From: Chitinophaga pinensis
GTDB taxonomy: Bacteria > Bacteroidota > Bacteroidia > UBA7662
NCBI GenBank assembly: GCA_945874665.1
Contig: CAMCHJ010000009.1
Coordinates: 18,112 to 82,111 of the forward strand
Reading direction: 5' to 3'
Length of the DNA stretch: 64,000 bases
Shown piece after piece: positions 18,801 through 28,390 of the stretch (positions are counted from its first letter, which is position 1; every line of letters starts with the position of its first letter). The notes beneath the pieces were generated by a model. It made no database searches, was not told the DNA's origin, and saw only the letters and a list, made by a program, of their open reading frames with translations. The translations under genes were made by a program, and so were the position numbers.

Positions 18801-19812
18801 CAACTTGCGCTTGGTGCGTCAAGTAGCGCAGCCTGGCAGCTTCCAGTTACTAACGCCTGCCAACAACAGTCGATTTGTAACCGCGCCTACCAACAACGCG
18901 CCGTTGAACATCACTTGGCAGGCTTCGGCAAACGCCACCAATTATGAATGGTTGGTTGACTTCCCGAACGGTAATTTCAGTGCACCTATCCTGAGCTTCC
19001 CTTCAGCCAACAACGGCGCGGCCACGAACTTAACGTTACTCAACCGCTCGGTAGACTCGTTGTTAAACTCGTTCTTGGTGCTCCCAGGCGATTCTTCATC
19101 ACTCATTTGGACAGTTCGTGCCATCAATGGCCCATTGAGCCGCCTTGCCGACACAACCTTTAACATTCGCTTGGTAAGAGACGCACAAATCAGCAACTTC
19201 AATCTACTCAGCCCTGCCAACAATGCACGCTTGGAAGTACGTGGACCTGCCAGCACCCCAGTGAACATCACTTGGCAAACAGCTACAAGTCCAGCCGCTG
19301 CTCCTATCCGCTACACTTGGCTAGCCGATCCTGCAGCTAACTTCAACAGCCCCTTATTGCAGTTTGCCTCCGACAACCAAGGTGCCAACACACAGCTTAG
19401 CTTAACCACTGGCATTATCGACAGCTTGCTCAACCTAGCCGGCGTGCCCATTGGCGACAGCATTACCATCACTTGGACCGTGAACGCGCGCAGCGGCGTA
19501 AGCAACAAACTGGCCAGCAGTCCACAGCAGTTGAAGTTAATTCGTGTTGGACTAACCAGCAGCTTTCAAAGTATCGAATTATCGAAAGTACGCATGTACC
19601 CGAACCCAAGCGATGGCGAAGTAACCCTCGAGGCCAGCGACGTTGTTCTTTGGATGGTAGTGCGAGACTTGCTCGGTGCCGAAGTGCTCCGCATGCAGCC
19701 GAACGAAGCCACTGTTAAACTACAGTTACAGCATTTACCGGCCGGCATGTACCTCATTCAGGGCGAAACCCGCCAAGGGAGCTTTAACGAGCGCGTCTTA
19801 CTTAAACGCTAA
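12814..19812 (+). CDS. T9SS type A secreted multidomain choice-of-anchor I alkaline-phosphatase-like / 5'-nucleotidase
   Basis: Signal peptide; Big_5-like (DTVPP...FSE); Calx-beta; choice-of-anchor I propeller (VANEGQP, EPEY, KGPEPEG, VANEISGT); metallophosphoesterase (HASDMEG, SSGDN, GNHEFD); 5'-NT C domain (ETNLGNL, NGGGIR, GRFPQVGG); three SusE-like repeats; T9SS-A tail (MYPNPSDG...GMYLI). Confidence 0.88.
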   Translation: MRYKLTRLLLLCLLVGSASLTNAQVLVHYWNFNNSATQTSLLTPNLGSGSISHLTGGISAIAITSNTAQGFDITNPNARNGDVAGTHLRFNDPIGGQLEFSLPTSGFENAIVRFATRRSGSGAGTQYISYSTDGSTYTLFDSIFPVDGNPVLQTLNFSSISAANNNANFKIRIAFAQGLGGTVGNNRFDNFTLEGISLGGSDTVPPLANFSPLNNSSQHPVSIQPRIIFSESMRLAGIGGAALTAAMADTILQLRVQPANSAVAFSSQRSGDTLTIIPTATLQPNTTYTLRIRDGLLADLAGNLLPAGQQITFSTLAVQTAFQAGDLVPVAFRMNATGTADAISLLTFVNILPGTNIQLTDAKFTTNTPAQCPGGITWTAPASGVARGTVIVIGTDDGSASTGTVTGSTFGLSSGGDQVLVYTGSNTQPNYITALSANAWLATNTTCSGSFSMLPTGLTNGLNAINLSTAPGNASGLSVNGYYNGPQSGVNVRDSILNPTYWVIAGSGTPAQVWPNWSFPGPPAVASVRVLNGTQVQVAFTQNMLQASATNLARYSQLAGITSAVMTNNGNLRDTVTLTINPAFAAGQAYSLRIDSVENAAGLAMFGAFNFNFNYNPTLSFSSRYLVVNENAGSVNLPLNLQFPATASFRIRVAAGSNASAADYTFATQTVQTSATSSSIVLPVGIIDDLTVEDDEYIILQIDSLQGVQLQGPNYFTVYIRDNDRRMPARDSAVNMTLVTSFDPSPTGSTTEVVVYDPLSRRMFASSAIENRFDIINFSNPSNPVTIRSVSMAPYGGITSIAVKPGLVAVGSPNINEQLPGLVVFFDTLGNYRGQVTVGSLPDMLTFSPDGNRLLVANEGQPNTTFSVDPEGSVSIINTSDTIISQANVTTLNFTSFNAQEATLVAAGVRKGSTIGTLSQNLEPEYITVAADNSKAWVTLQENNSIAEINLLNNTVTAIRPMGLKDNSQPGNGFDASDNIPEVLLVNWPTKSFYMPDAIGSYTANGATYLVTANEGDEREYQVLNERTTVGAVNLDSARFPAAAMLKENHAIGRLRITNLNGDNDADGDYDDLISVGPRSFSIWNANTGTQVWDSKNQLELITSMDPTFGAVFNADHESNTRKNRSRSKGPEPEGLTLAQINGRTFAFIGLERIGGIMAYDVTDPQNPVFNGYLNPRSVTSVSGDRGPETMIYIAPNQSADGMAYLVVANEISGTLSIIRLQFNIPPPRYTLQVLHASDMEGGLDAPKDAPNFAAVIDSLEGTYANTVILSSGDNVIPSPFLSAGEDPTIQTPLRNATNLFYPGTHAVRPAIGRSDIAILNLIGFNASVFGNHEFDLGTGELNSMIGVDIRNSGADKRWVGAQFPFLSANLNFSADANLSYLVTPDGQADTSFRTAANITANSQKKGIARSAVITRGGQKIGIVGATTQVLASISSPGATTIVGPSVNDMPALAAILQPVIDSLRIGQGINKIIVLSHLQQLSLEQALAPLLTGVDVIIAGGSHSLLADANDILRPGDVAVGTYPQLRTGANGQPTLLVNTAAEYRYVGRLVVAFDSLGVIDTSMLNPMINGAYATDSAGVARVWGNYANAFNPGTKGANVRALTNAMQTVIVAKDGNVFGKASVFLEGRREFTRTEETNLGNLTSDANLWQARRADPTVTLSLKNGGGIRQAMGTVNATGSTVTLGPTAPNPAANKQAGDISQLDIENSLRFNNRLSVVTVPVTGVKALLEHGVAQTVPGATPGRFPQVGGMAFSYDPSLPVNSRIRSVVRLDSLGNIVDTLVRNGQIHGNPNRTYKMVTLNFLAGGGDGYPFAANSTNRVDLDTVITAAGAATFTVPGSEQDAFAEYMVVRHPATAAYSIAETPASADFRIQDLSRRNEGLLPFDVATLVAPANNSRLLTSPTNSTPVQIVWNRAINAQSYKWSLTTATGSFAPGLVNIVSNNNGVDTTLTLTVSRIDSLLASLGVAPGDSINTRWTVKSFYNNGSDSTLAAAFNLRLVRQVAQPGSFQLLTPANNSRFVTAPTNNAPLNITWQASANATNYEWLVDFPNGNFSAPILSFPSANNGAATNLTLLNRSVDSLLNSFLVLPGDSSSLIWTVRAINGPLSRLADTTFNIRLVRDAQISNFNLLSPANNARLEVRGPASTPVNITWQTATSPAAAPIRYTWLADPAANFNSPLLQFASDNQGANTQLSLTTGIIDSLLNLAGVPIGDSITITWTVNARSGVSNKLASSPQQLKLIRVGLTSSFQSIELSKVRMYPNPSDGEVTLEASDVVLWMVVRDLLGAEVLRMQPNEATVKLQLQHLPAGMYLIQGETRQGSFNERVLLKR

Positions 19813-19829
19813 ACAACAGCTTTACATGC

Positions 19830-19862
19830 AAAAGCCCTCGCCTCATCAGCGGGGGCTTTTTT
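19830..19862 (+). terminator. Intrinsic terminator
   Basis: AAAAGCCCTCGC-ctcatca-GCGGGGGCTTTTTT. Confidence 0.85.
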
Positions 19863-19969
19863 GCTTCAATGGCTATTTAATTTTGTTCACCTTGCATGAT
19901 ATATAATAAAATAGCTCCATAGACGCTTAATAGATAAACCTTGTTTTGAAAATTCTGTCATTTCCTAAA

Positions 19970-20230
19970 ATGCTACTGGCCATTGGTGCACTGCTATTAC
20001 TTCCATTTGTGGCCATGCAGTTTACCAATGAAGTTAATTGGTCGGTGGCCGACTTTATCATCATGGGCTTTCTACTCACAGCCGCAGCGCTTCTGCTACG
20101 ATTGGCAAAAAGCATGGGCCTCTCTAAAAAAACAAAAACCAGCCTGATCCTTGGCGTACTTCTCCTTTTTTTATTGGTATGGGGAGAATTAGCGGTAGGC
20201 TTGTTTGGAAGTCCTTGGGCCGGCAACTAA
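19970..20230 (+). CDS. Small hypothetical membrane protein (3 TM)
   Basis: LLLLPFVAMQFTNEVNWSVADFIIMG...WGELAVGLFGSPWAGN. An alternative TTG start lies at 19946. Confidence 0.8.
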   Translation: MLLAIGALLLLPFVAMQFTNEVNWSVADFIIMGFLLTAAALLLRLAKSMGLSKKTKTSLILGVLLLFLLVWGELAVGLFGSPWAGN

Positions 20231-20337
20231 TAGCTTTTTTGCAAATCAAGCGCCCACCAAAAGCTACCCAATCGCATAAATGGGAAGATGCGTTATTGCT
20301 TGAGCAGTGTATCTGCCATGCTCAACTACCCTAACAA

Positions 20338-21009
20338 CTAGTGCATTATAAAACTCTTATTAAGCACCAAAACATCGTATAATATTTTAACGCCAAATAG
20401 CAGTAAAACGCTGCCAGAGATTCGGTTGAGCCACAATATCACCTGCCGGGTTACATAATGCCGCAATTTTTTTGCGCCCCAGCTTTTGAGTAAATCAGTG
20501 GCTAATATGGTACCTAAAGTACCGGCAAAAAACCACAACTTATCCGTCTTATCCAGCTCCGGCATCGACGATACAAAACTCGAAACACCTAGCCAGTATA
20601 CAATTACAAATGGGTTAAGGATGTTGAGCAGGAAGCCTTTGGCCAGGCTGCCGCCAAAAACCACACCTGTATTTACGTCCGGCAAATGCACTGCTTCGCG
20701 TTGTACTTTGCGACTCAACAGCAACACAATGCCATAAATCAGCATAAACAACCCGCCAATAATACCAATCCAGCGCAAAGCTACTGGCCCCTGCACCACC
20801 TGCATCAAACCCAAAAAGCTGATGGCTACGCAAAAAGCATCACTGAGTACGATGCCCATCGCCATGCCTGCTCCGGCTCCAAAACCCTTGGTAATACTGG
20901 TTTGAATGAGGGCAAAAAACACAGGCCCAAGCAGCACCGCAATCAGCAGTCCGAACCCAATGCCCTTTATAATCGGCAAATCAAACACTGGCCATTTTTT
21001 GCTGCTCAA
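20338..21009 (-). CDS. LysE family translocator
   Basis: GPVFFALIQTSITKG...GIVLSD; GFLLNILNP; about 6 TM segments. Confidence 0.9.
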   Translation of the reverse strand: MSSKKWPVFDLPIIKGIGFGLLIAVLLGPVFFALIQTSITKGFGAGAGMAMGIVLSDAFCVAISFLGLMQVVQGPVALRWIGIIGGLFMLIYGIVLLLSRKVQREAVHLPDVNTGVVFGGSLAKGFLLNILNPFVIVYWLGVSSFVSSMPELDKTDKLWFFAGTLGTILATDLLKSWGAKKLRHYVTRQVILWLNRISGSVLLLFGVKILYDVLVLNKSFIMH

Positions 21010-22525
21010 GATAGGCTTGCCAGCTTTCGAGGTGGGTGCCTTTGATTACCCTTGGGAATTTATTTTGTCCGCCTAGCTTGCCCTGCTCCGCCATCCACCC
21101 TGTAAACCAAGCCGTAGGCACAATTTCCACCAGTACTTCCTGCAAGGCATGCTTGCGCTCCACCGCATAATCATCATTAATTTCGCAAAGCACTTGGTCA
21201 ATCTGTTGCCGAACCACCGCCACATCTGCCAACTCGTCGCAGCCAATGTACCACTGGTGGGCAAATAAACTGCCGTATGGTTTGCCATGCACAGTAAATT
21301 CTTTGATTTCTAGGCCTGTGTTTTCGCTCAGGCGGCGAATGGCGGTGTTCATGTTGTCGACCGATAAATGTTCACCTACCAGGCTCAAAAAGTGCTTGGT
21401 GCGACCTGTAATTCGGATTTCCATGTGCTCCAAAGAGGTAAAACGTATGGTATCTCCAAGCAAGTAGCGCCAAGCACCCGAGCAGGTTGAAAGCAATAAA
21501 GCATAATCCACATCCTCCTGCACCTGCCGCAAGTTTAGTGCCTGTGCACCTGGCCTCATGGCTCCCTCTTCATCAAAATTTTCGGAGGTAAAGGGCACAA
21601 ATTCGTAATAAATGCCATTATTCAGCACCAAGCGCATGCCTGAACGCTGGGTATGCGGGCGCGCATCGTAGGCAATGAAGCCCTCCGATGCTAAATAGGT
21701 CTCAAAATAAATGAGCGGCTTGGCCAGCAGCTTCTCAAAACTCTTGCGATAGGGCTCAAAAGCCACACCTCCAAAAGCATATACGGTAAGGTTCGGCCAA
21801 ATTTCATGGATGTTTTTAACGCCATAATGGGCAATGATGCGCTCCATCATGATCTGCAACCAAGCAGGCACCCCAGCGATCACCCATATGTCCCACTCCT
21901 TGGCGTGCTTTACGATGTCGTCAATTTTGGCATTCCAATCGCTAATGCGCGAAATTTCTTTGCCTGGCTTGTAAAAACGCTGGAACCAGAACGGGATTTT
22001 TCCTGTGTTGATTCCGCTTAAATCACCGTAATAATAACGCCCAGTAAAATTGAGGTGGGTGCTTCCGCCCAACATCAACATGCCCTTTTCGAAATAATCG
22101 GATGGGAAATTGTACTGTGCTAGGGTAAAAATCTGCTTCATACTGGCCTTGCGCATGGCCAACATCATATCGCTGCTCACGGGTATAAACTTGCTCGAGG
22201 CCTCTGAGGTACCCGAACTGAGTGCAAAATATTTGATGCTTCCGGGCCAGGCAATGTTGGGCTGTCCTTCGCGTGCTTTCGACCACCATCGGGTATACAT
22301 CGAGTTGTAATCATTGAGATGCACCCGATGCGCAAATTCGGTAAAAACGTCCTGCTTTTTGAGCATCGAAGCAAAGCCGTAATACCGTCCAATTTCAGTA
22401 TCCTTGGCCTTTTTCAACAACTTTCGCAGCACAATTTCCTGCTGTTTGGCAGGCTCAAACTGTTGCAGCGATAACTTGATGCGCAGCTGCAAACCCCGTT
22501 TGAATAAACTACCTAATACTACCAT
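20981..22525 (-). CDS. GH3 auxin-responsive promoter family protein (acyl-adenylate forming)
   Basis: FALSSGTS, YLASEGF, YLLGDT, GGQNKFPRV motifs. Start taken at MVVLG. Confidence 0.92.
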   Translation of the reverse strand: MVVLGSLFKRGLQLRIKLSLQQFEPAKQQEIVLRKLLKKAKDTEIGRYYGFASMLKKQDVFTEFAHRVHLNDYNSMYTRWWSKAREGQPNIAWPGSIKYFALSSGTSEASSKFIPVSSDMMLAMRKASMKQIFTLAQYNFPSDYFEKGMLMLGGSTHLNFTGRYYYGDLSGINTGKIPFWFQRFYKPGKEISRISDWNAKIDDIVKHAKEWDIWVIAGVPAWLQIMMERIIAHYGVKNIHEIWPNLTVYAFGGVAFEPYRKSFEKLLAKPLIYFETYLASEGFIAYDARPHTQRSGMRLVLNNGIYYEFVPFTSENFDEEGAMRPGAQALNLRQVQEDVDYALLLSTCSGAWRYLLGDTIRFTSLEHMEIRITGRTKHFLSLVGEHLSVDNMNTAIRRLSENTGLEIKEFTVHGKPYGSLFAHQWYIGCDELADVAVVRQQIDQVLCEINDDYAVERKHALQEVLVEIVPTAWFTGWMAEQGKLGGQNKFPRVIKGTHLESWQAYLEQQKMASV

Positions 22526-22663
22526 TGTGCTGGTTTTTAGAAGCACAATTTATAAAATATTATGGTGTCTTTATGCGGCTGTTGTGCAAGCAGCAGCTTT
22601 CGATACAGAAAAGGGAGGCGCATGAACGCGCTTTCAGCAAGGCAGGAAGCTCCAGGGAGCGTT

Positions 22664-23884
22664 TTAGTGACCTTTGAGAATTTCGTGCCCCATTTTATCA
22701 CGTTTGGTCAATAAATAACTTTCATTATGCTTATTAGCCGTGATTTCAATGGGCACATGTTCAACTACTTCTAACCCGTAACCAATCAAGCCGGCTCTTT
22801 TGGTAGGATTATTTGACATCAATCGCATTTTTCGAACACCTAAATTGCGTAAAATCTGTGCACCAATGCCATAATCGCGTTCGTCCATCTTAAAGCCCAA
22901 AGCCAAATTGGCTTGTACCGTATCCATGCCTTGCTCTTGTAATTTATAAGCCTTCAATTTGTTTAGCAAGCCTATACCACGGCCTTCTTGGTTCATGTAT
23001 ACAATCACGCCCTTGCCAGCGGCTTCTACCATTTGCATGGCGGCGTGCAATTGCTCACCACAATCGCATCGGCACGAGCCAAAAATATCGCCAGTCAAAC
23101 AGCTAGAGTGCACCCGCACCAAAACCGGCTCTGCTTCAGCCCATTCACCCTTAATTAAAGCCAAATGTTCTTGGTCGTTGTTAATTTGGCGGAAGGCCAC
23201 CAAGTTAAAATCGCCATAAGCGGTAGGCATTTCCACAGCGATTTCACGCTTAATTAAGCTTTCCTTCTGCAATCGGTATTCAATGAGGTCTTTGATGCTC
23301 ACCAATCGCATGTCGAATTTTTCGGCCACCACTTTGAGATCTGGCAAACGAGCCATAGAACCATCTTCGTTCATGATTTCGCAAATGATGCCTACTGGTG
23401 AAAACCCAGCGAGGCGCGCAAAATCAATGGCTGCTTCGGTATGTCCTGCGCGGCGCAATACCCCACCCTTGCGGGCCTTAAGTGGAAAAATATGACCTGG
23501 TTTACCAAAATCCTCAGGCTTGGTATCAGGATCGACCAAGGCTTTAATGGTCACCGCACGGTCGTGGGCCGAAATGCCCGTGGTGCAGCCCTTGCCTAAA
23601 TAGTCAATAGAAATAGTAAAGGGAGTTTCGTGCAGGGTAGTGTTTTTACCAACCATCAGGTCTAGCCCTAAGGCCTCACAACGGTCGTCGATAATTGGCG
23701 CACAAATCAAACCGCGTCCATGGGTGGCCATAAAATTTACCATTTCCGGCGTCACACAAGCTGCCGCAGCCAAAAAATCACCTTCGTTTTCGCGGTCCTC
23801 ATCGTCCACCACAATGATGATTTCTCCATTTCTGATGGCTTCAACGGCCGATTCTATGCTGTCAAGCTTGATTTTGTCCTGCAT
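22664..23884 (-). CDS. ribBA: Bifunctional 3,4-dihydroxy-2-butanone-4-phosphate synthase / GTP cyclohydrolase II
   Basis: [11 protein letters not shown]; RAGHTEA; [20 protein letters not shown]; QEGRGIGL. Confidence 0.98.
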   Translation of the reverse strand: MQDKIKLDSIESAVEAIRNGEIIIVVDDEDRENEGDFLAAAACVTPEMVNFMATHGRGLICAPIIDDRCEALGLDLMVGKNTTLHETPFTISIDYLGKGCTTGISAHDRAVTIKALVDPDTKPEDFGKPGHIFPLKARKGGVLRRAGHTEAAIDFARLAGFSPVGIICEIMNEDGSMARLPDLKVVAEKFDMRLVSIKDLIEYRLQKESLIKREIAVEMPTAYGDFNLVAFRQINNDQEHLALIKGEWAEAEPVLVRVHSSCLTGDIFGSCRCDCGEQLHAAMQMVEAAGKGVIVYMNQEGRGIGLLNKLKAYKLQEQGMDTVQANLALGFKMDERDYGIGAQILRNLGVRKMRLMSNNPTKRAGLIGYGLEVVEHVPIEITANKHNESYLLTKRDKMGHEILKGH

Positions 23885-23900
23885 ATTCTAAAAATTGCTG

Positions 23901-23908
23901 CAAAGATA
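23901..23908 (-). promoter_or_regulatory. -7 promoter element for ribBA
   Basis: TATCTTTG (TAnnTTTG) on the minus strand, 16 nt upstream of the ATG. Confidence 0.7.
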
Positions 23909-24150
23909 CGGATACTTCACGTAAGCTTTAAACGCTTCTATCAATAAGAACCAGCGGCTTGGGTGGAATGTTCATCAAGGCTCCATTAAATTACCAGCAG
24001 CCACTGCTGCTACTCAAGTCACAGCAGTTCAAAAACACCCGCAACATTCACCTGTAGAAATGAAACGACAGCAATTTTTTCATGTTAAATTTATGTTAAA
24101 AAGCATAATTTAGCCTAATAATTAGCGTTTGTAGTTATCTACTTGAACGG

Positions 24151-25470
24151 ATGAGCCTGAAACCCACTACCAGCGGAACCTTTAAATTTAACTCGGAACT
24201 CGTTTCCTTTGGCTTTTTGGCCATCTTGCTGGCGGCCATCCCCTTGTCTAAAGCCGTTGCCAGCATTGCCGAAGTGCTGCTCGCTGTCAGCTGGATCATC
24301 GGCTTTTCAAACACCAACATCCGCACCCGGCGCTTTCACACACTTAAAACCGCTCCTTATTTACTGCTTTTCCCTGCCCTTTACCTCATTTATCCGCTGG
24401 GATTGCTGTACACCACCGACATCACCGAAGGCTTGAAAGAGCTGAATATGAAGCACTACTTCTTTAGTTTGCCTTTATTGGTGGGGACGTTAAAATTGAG
24501 TCGCGACCAAGTGCGCTGGGCATTTCTCAGCTTCGCCATCGCCAATGTGCTCGTGGCCGTAACCGTTTTTTACATCACCGCCACTGGTAACACCTTGCTC
24601 CACGGTTCGCCGCACATCCCTAGCGCCTTCGAGCAGCGCCCTAGGGCTAGTCTGTTCCTCTGTTTCAGCATTTTTATCTTCGGAGAATACCTCCTCAGTA
24701 AATGGCATGAGCTCAGCAACGAGGCCAAAACCACCTTGTTTATTTTTTCAGGGATGTTGTTGGGTGGACTGATTTTGATGAAAGGCCGCATCGGACAACT
24801 CGGTTTTGTGGTGCTTACCCCTGCTTTTGTGCTGCATTATCTGCAATTTACCAAACGCAGCACCTTGCGGTGGTTGTGGGCGGGTGGCATTAGTGTGGCG
24901 CTGGCCGCCGGCATGTATTTTGGCTTTGAAGGCGTACGACAGCCTTTTAATGAAGCGGTAGATGAGCTTATTGAAAGTCAAACGGGCTATCCTACAAGTG
25001 AACCTACTTATTCTTCCATCGGACAAAGGGTGGCGTTTTACCAAGAATTCTGGCCGCTTTTCGTCCAAAATCCTGTTTTTGGCATAGGCACAGGCGATTT
25101 AGTGTTAGAAGGAAAACCGTTGTTCGCCGACAATCCCTTCCAAATACCCTTCCAAAAACCACACAATCAATTTTACGAAACCATGATAAAGTTTGGAGTG
25201 GTAGGCTTGCTGCTATTTTTAGCAGTATGGATTTTCACCATCCGCGCCTTCAATCCCAGCTTCAGGAAGCTGGGCTACCTCTTTAGCATTCTCATTTTTG
25301 TAAGCATGTGGAGTGATTCTACCTTCGGAACACAAGCAGGCATCAGCTTTTTTATGACGTTTACAGCCCTCTTTTTGGTGCGACCAAACGACCCGGTGTT
25401 TGTAACTGGCAATGCTGTAGACGAGCAAATCGCTGAAAAAACGCAACTAAATCCGGCAGGACTGCGTTAG
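24151..25470 (+). CDS. O-antigen ligase family (Wzy_C) membrane protein
   Basis: Polytopic membrane protein; SIGQRV; PVFGIGTGD; PHNQFYETMIKFGVVG. Confidence 0.85.
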   Translation: MSLKPTTSGTFKFNSELVSFGFLAILLAAIPLSKAVASIAEVLLAVSWIIGFSNTNIRTRRFHTLKTAPYLLLFPALYLIYPLGLLYTTDITEGLKELNMKHYFFSLPLLVGTLKLSRDQVRWAFLSFAIANVLVAVTVFYITATGNTLLHGSPHIPSAFEQRPRASLFLCFSIFIFGEYLLSKWHELSNEAKTTLFIFSGMLLGGLILMKGRIGQLGFVVLTPAFVLHYLQFTKRSTLRWLWAGGISVALAAGMYFGFEGVRQPFNEAVDELIESQTGYPTSEPTYSSIGQRVAFYQEFWPLFVQNPVFGIGTGDLVLEGKPLFADNPFQIPFQKPHNQFYETMIKFGVVGLLLFLAVWIFTIRAFNPSFRKLGYLFSILIFVSMWSDSTFGTQAGISFFMTFTALFLVRPNDPVFVTGNAVDEQIAEKTQLNPAGLR

Positions 25471-25494
25471 TGGGCTGTCGAAAAGCCCCAGATT

Positions 25495-27498
25495 ATGCCC
25501 AATCGCCTGCAAAACAGCGCTAGTCCTTATTTACGCCAACACGCCCACAATCCCGTTAACTGGTACCCCTGGGGCGACGAAGCCCTGCTCGAAGCCCGGC
25601 AATCGCAGCGCCTCTTGATTGTGAGCATTGGTTACAGTGCTTGCCATTGGTGCCATGTGATGGAGCGCGAATCGTTCGAAAACGAAGCCGTGGCAGCCGT
25701 GATGAACAAACATTTTATCAGCATCAAAATCGACCGGGAGGCACGGCCCGACCTTGATGCCCTGTACATGCAAGCCGTTCAAATAATGAGCGGCAGAGGT
25801 GGCTGGCCGCTAAACGTGATTACTTTGCCGGATGGAAGACCCATCTATGGCGGCACTTATTTTAAGCAAGCAGATTGGCTCGCCGTATTGGCACAACTCC
25901 AAGAACTTTGGGAAGCTGATCCAGAAAAAGTAATGCAGTATGCCACCAAATTGCGTGAAGGCTTACTGGCCGTAAACCTGCTACCAAACAACATCCGGGA
26001 GGCCTTTCGCAGTACCGACCTGAGCGACCGCGCGGATAGCATGCAGCTCCAATTCGATAGGCGTTGGGGCGGCTATGGCCAGGCTCCTAAATTCCCGATG
26101 CCGCAACTTTGGGAGTTCGGGTTGCACTATGGCAGCGCGCAAAATCATTCCGATATCTTGGCGCAAACCCACTTCACCCTTGAAAAAATAGCGCTTGGCG
26201 GTATCTATGACCAACTAGGCGGAGGCTTTGCCCGTTATTCGGTAGATGGCTTTTGGCATGTGCCCCATTTCGAAAAAATGCTGTATGACAACGGGCAGCT
26301 CTTGCAGTTATATGCCCATGGCTACCAGCAAAAACCTCATCCGCTTTACGAAAAAGTGATCCGCCAAACCATCGATTGGGCCAACCGCGAGTTGCGTTTA
26401 ACAAACGGCTTATTTGCTTGTGCTTTAGATGCCGATAGCGAGGGAGAAGAGGGCAAATATTACGTATGGACCTTGGACGAGCTGCAGCAGCTGTTAACCG
26501 AGGCTGAATACAAGGTGGTGCGCCAGCATTACGACTTGGGCGGTAAAGGACATTGGGAGCACGGCCAGCACGTGCTTATGGTATTTGAAAGTTTAGAGCA
26601 AATGTCGCTCGAAACCCAGCAATCATTACCCGAGCTAGAGCAGCTTTTAGCCAGTGCCCAAGCCAAAATGCTGGCCAAACGCAGTACGCGGCCCGCTCCT
26701 GCCCTCGACAATAAAGCCCTATTAGGCTGGAACGCCATGTTTCTTTCAGGCTTGGTGGCAGCAGCCACGGCCTTGCAAGACGCCCAACTGCAACAACAGG
26801 CCGAATTACTCTGCGCCGCCATGCAAAAGCATTTTTGCCGCACCGGCAGCTGGTATCGCTTGCATACAGAGCACGAAAAAGTATTAGCACAAGCCGAAGA
26901 CCTCAGCTTTATGGCCACTGCTGCCCTCGATTTGTACGAACTAACAGGACAAATGGAACACTACCAGCAGGCCTTGCTGCTAGAAGCGCTCCTCAGTGAG
27001 CGGTTTTATGACCAAGAACAATGCTTACTCAGCATGACGCCCCTAAACGAAGCCGATTTCATCAGCCGACAATACGAAAAAAGCGACAATGTAATTCCTG
27101 CCGCCAGTAGCGTTTACGCCCGTTTGCTGCTTCGCTTAGCCGCACACAGCGGTCGCGATGAACTTCGCCAGCGTGCCCAAACCATGGTACTGCGTATTTT
27201 ACCCGAAACTGGCAGCAGTGGATGGCTGTATTTTGGAGGCTGGGGACAAGCGGCCTTGTTGCTCCATCTACCCATGAAAGAGGTGGCCATTGCGGGGGAA
27301 AAGGCTGTTGAAATGGCCCGTGAACTACGAACGACATATCAGCCGCAGTCCGTTTGGGCCTTTGGTGCTGCAGAGGAACATCCTTTGTTGCTACATCGAC
27401 AAAAACCTGACAGCACGCTTATTTACATCTGCAAAAACAGGGAATGTCAATTGCCCGTGACCGATGTTACCACAGCACTGGAACTGCTACAAGCTTAA
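25495..27498 (+). CDS. Thioredoxin-domain-containing protein, YyaL/SPATA20 family
   Basis: [23 protein letters not shown]; [13 protein letters not shown]; GGWPL; [11 protein letters not shown]. Confidence 0.93.
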   Translation: MPNRLQNSASPYLRQHAHNPVNWYPWGDEALLEARQSQRLLIVSIGYSACHWCHVMERESFENEAVAAVMNKHFISIKIDREARPDLDALYMQAVQIMSGRGGWPLNVITLPDGRPIYGGTYFKQADWLAVLAQLQELWEADPEKVMQYATKLREGLLAVNLLPNNIREAFRSTDLSDRADSMQLQFDRRWGGYGQAPKFPMPQLWEFGLHYGSAQNHSDILAQTHFTLEKIALGGIYDQLGGGFARYSVDGFWHVPHFEKMLYDNGQLLQLYAHGYQQKPHPLYEKVIRQTIDWANRELRLTNGLFACALDADSEGEEGKYYVWTLDELQQLLTEAEYKVVRQHYDLGGKGHWEHGQHVLMVFESLEQMSLETQQSLPELEQLLASAQAKMLAKRSTRPAPALDNKALLGWNAMFLSGLVAAATALQDAQLQQQAELLCAAMQKHFCRTGSWYRLHTEHEKVLAQAEDLSFMATAALDLYELTGQMEHYQQALLLEALLSERFYDQEQCLLSMTPLNEADFISRQYEKSDNVIPAASSVYARLLLRLAAHSGRDELRQRAQTMVLRILPETGSSGWLYFGGWGQAALLLHLPMKEVAIAGEKAVEMARELRTTYQPQSVWAFGAAEEHPLLLHRQKPDSTLIYICKNRECQLPVTDVTTALELLQA

Positions 27499-28250
27499 TA
27501 CAGGTGATTAGCACCGCGCAGGACAGTCGCCAACTCTTCAATAAAACGAGGCTGTTCTTCAAGCGCATTGCCAATTACCACCACATCGGCACCAGCCTGC
27601 CAGGCCGCTTGGGCAGCATCTGCGGTGCGCATACCCCCTCCAACGATTACCGGCAATTTTACAGCGCGCTTGACAGCTTTGATCATGGCGGCAGGAATTG
27701 GATTTGGAGCGCCTGAACCGGCATCCATGTAAATCAATCGCAAACCAAGCATTTCACCCGCCATAGCGGTGCAAGCAGCAATATCTGGTTTATTGGCGGG
27801 GATAGGCGTTGTGTTAGAGATGTAAGAAACCGTTGTTGGCGCACCACCATCCACCAGCATATAGCCTGTAGGCAGCACTTGAATACCTGACCGTCGTAAA
27901 GCTGGGGCAGCAATTACATGCGCACCAATCAAAAATTCAGGATTGCGACCTGAAATGAGCGACAACAATAAAATGCCATCCGCGTTATCACTCACTTGGG
28001 TTGGACCGCCCGGAAAAATAATTACAGGAATTTCGACATGCTGCTTAATAAATGCAATAGTATGCGCTAACTTGTTGCTGCTCAATAAACTACCTCCAAC
28101 AAAAAAATAATCAGCACCCATTTCCTCCGCCTTCCGTACCAAAAGTAGCAGGTGCTGCTCCGTCGCTTTATCAGGGTCAATAAGCACAGCCAATTGCTTG
28201 CGTCCGTTTTGAGCAGCTTGATACAATTGATCTATAAGGGGTAAAGGCAT
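27495..28250 (-). CDS. pcrB: Geranylgeranylglyceryl/heptaprenylglyceryl phosphate synthase
   Basis: LIDPDK; FVGGS; [14 protein letters not shown]; YMDAGSGA; VIVGGGMR. Confidence 0.92.
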   Translation of the reverse strand: MPLPLIDQLYQAAQNGRKQLAVLIDPDKATEQHLLLLVRKAEEMGADYFFVGGSLLSSNKLAHTIAFIKQHVEIPVIIFPGGPTQVSDNADGILLLSLISGRNPEFLIGAHVIAAPALRRSGIQVLPTGYMLVDGGAPTTVSYISNTTPIPANKPDIAACTAMAGEMLGLRLIYMDAGSGAPNPIPAAMIKAVKRAVKLPVIVGGGMRTADAAQAAWQAGADVVVIGNALEEQPRFIEELATVLRGANHLY

Positions 28251-28390
28251 TCGGAATGTATGATTACAAGGCTAATGATCGGTTGTAAAAATACACCCTT
28301 CTCCCGTAAAGCAACCAATTCCACTATTTATTTCACATTAAATACACCAAAAAAACGTTAGAGCTGCGTAAAGCTTGGTATTTTTAGGGC

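Noticed and set aside
23885-24150. FMN riboswitch upstream of ribBA
   Set aside because: No FMN aptamer consensus is visible, and the promoter element lies only 16 nt from the start codon.
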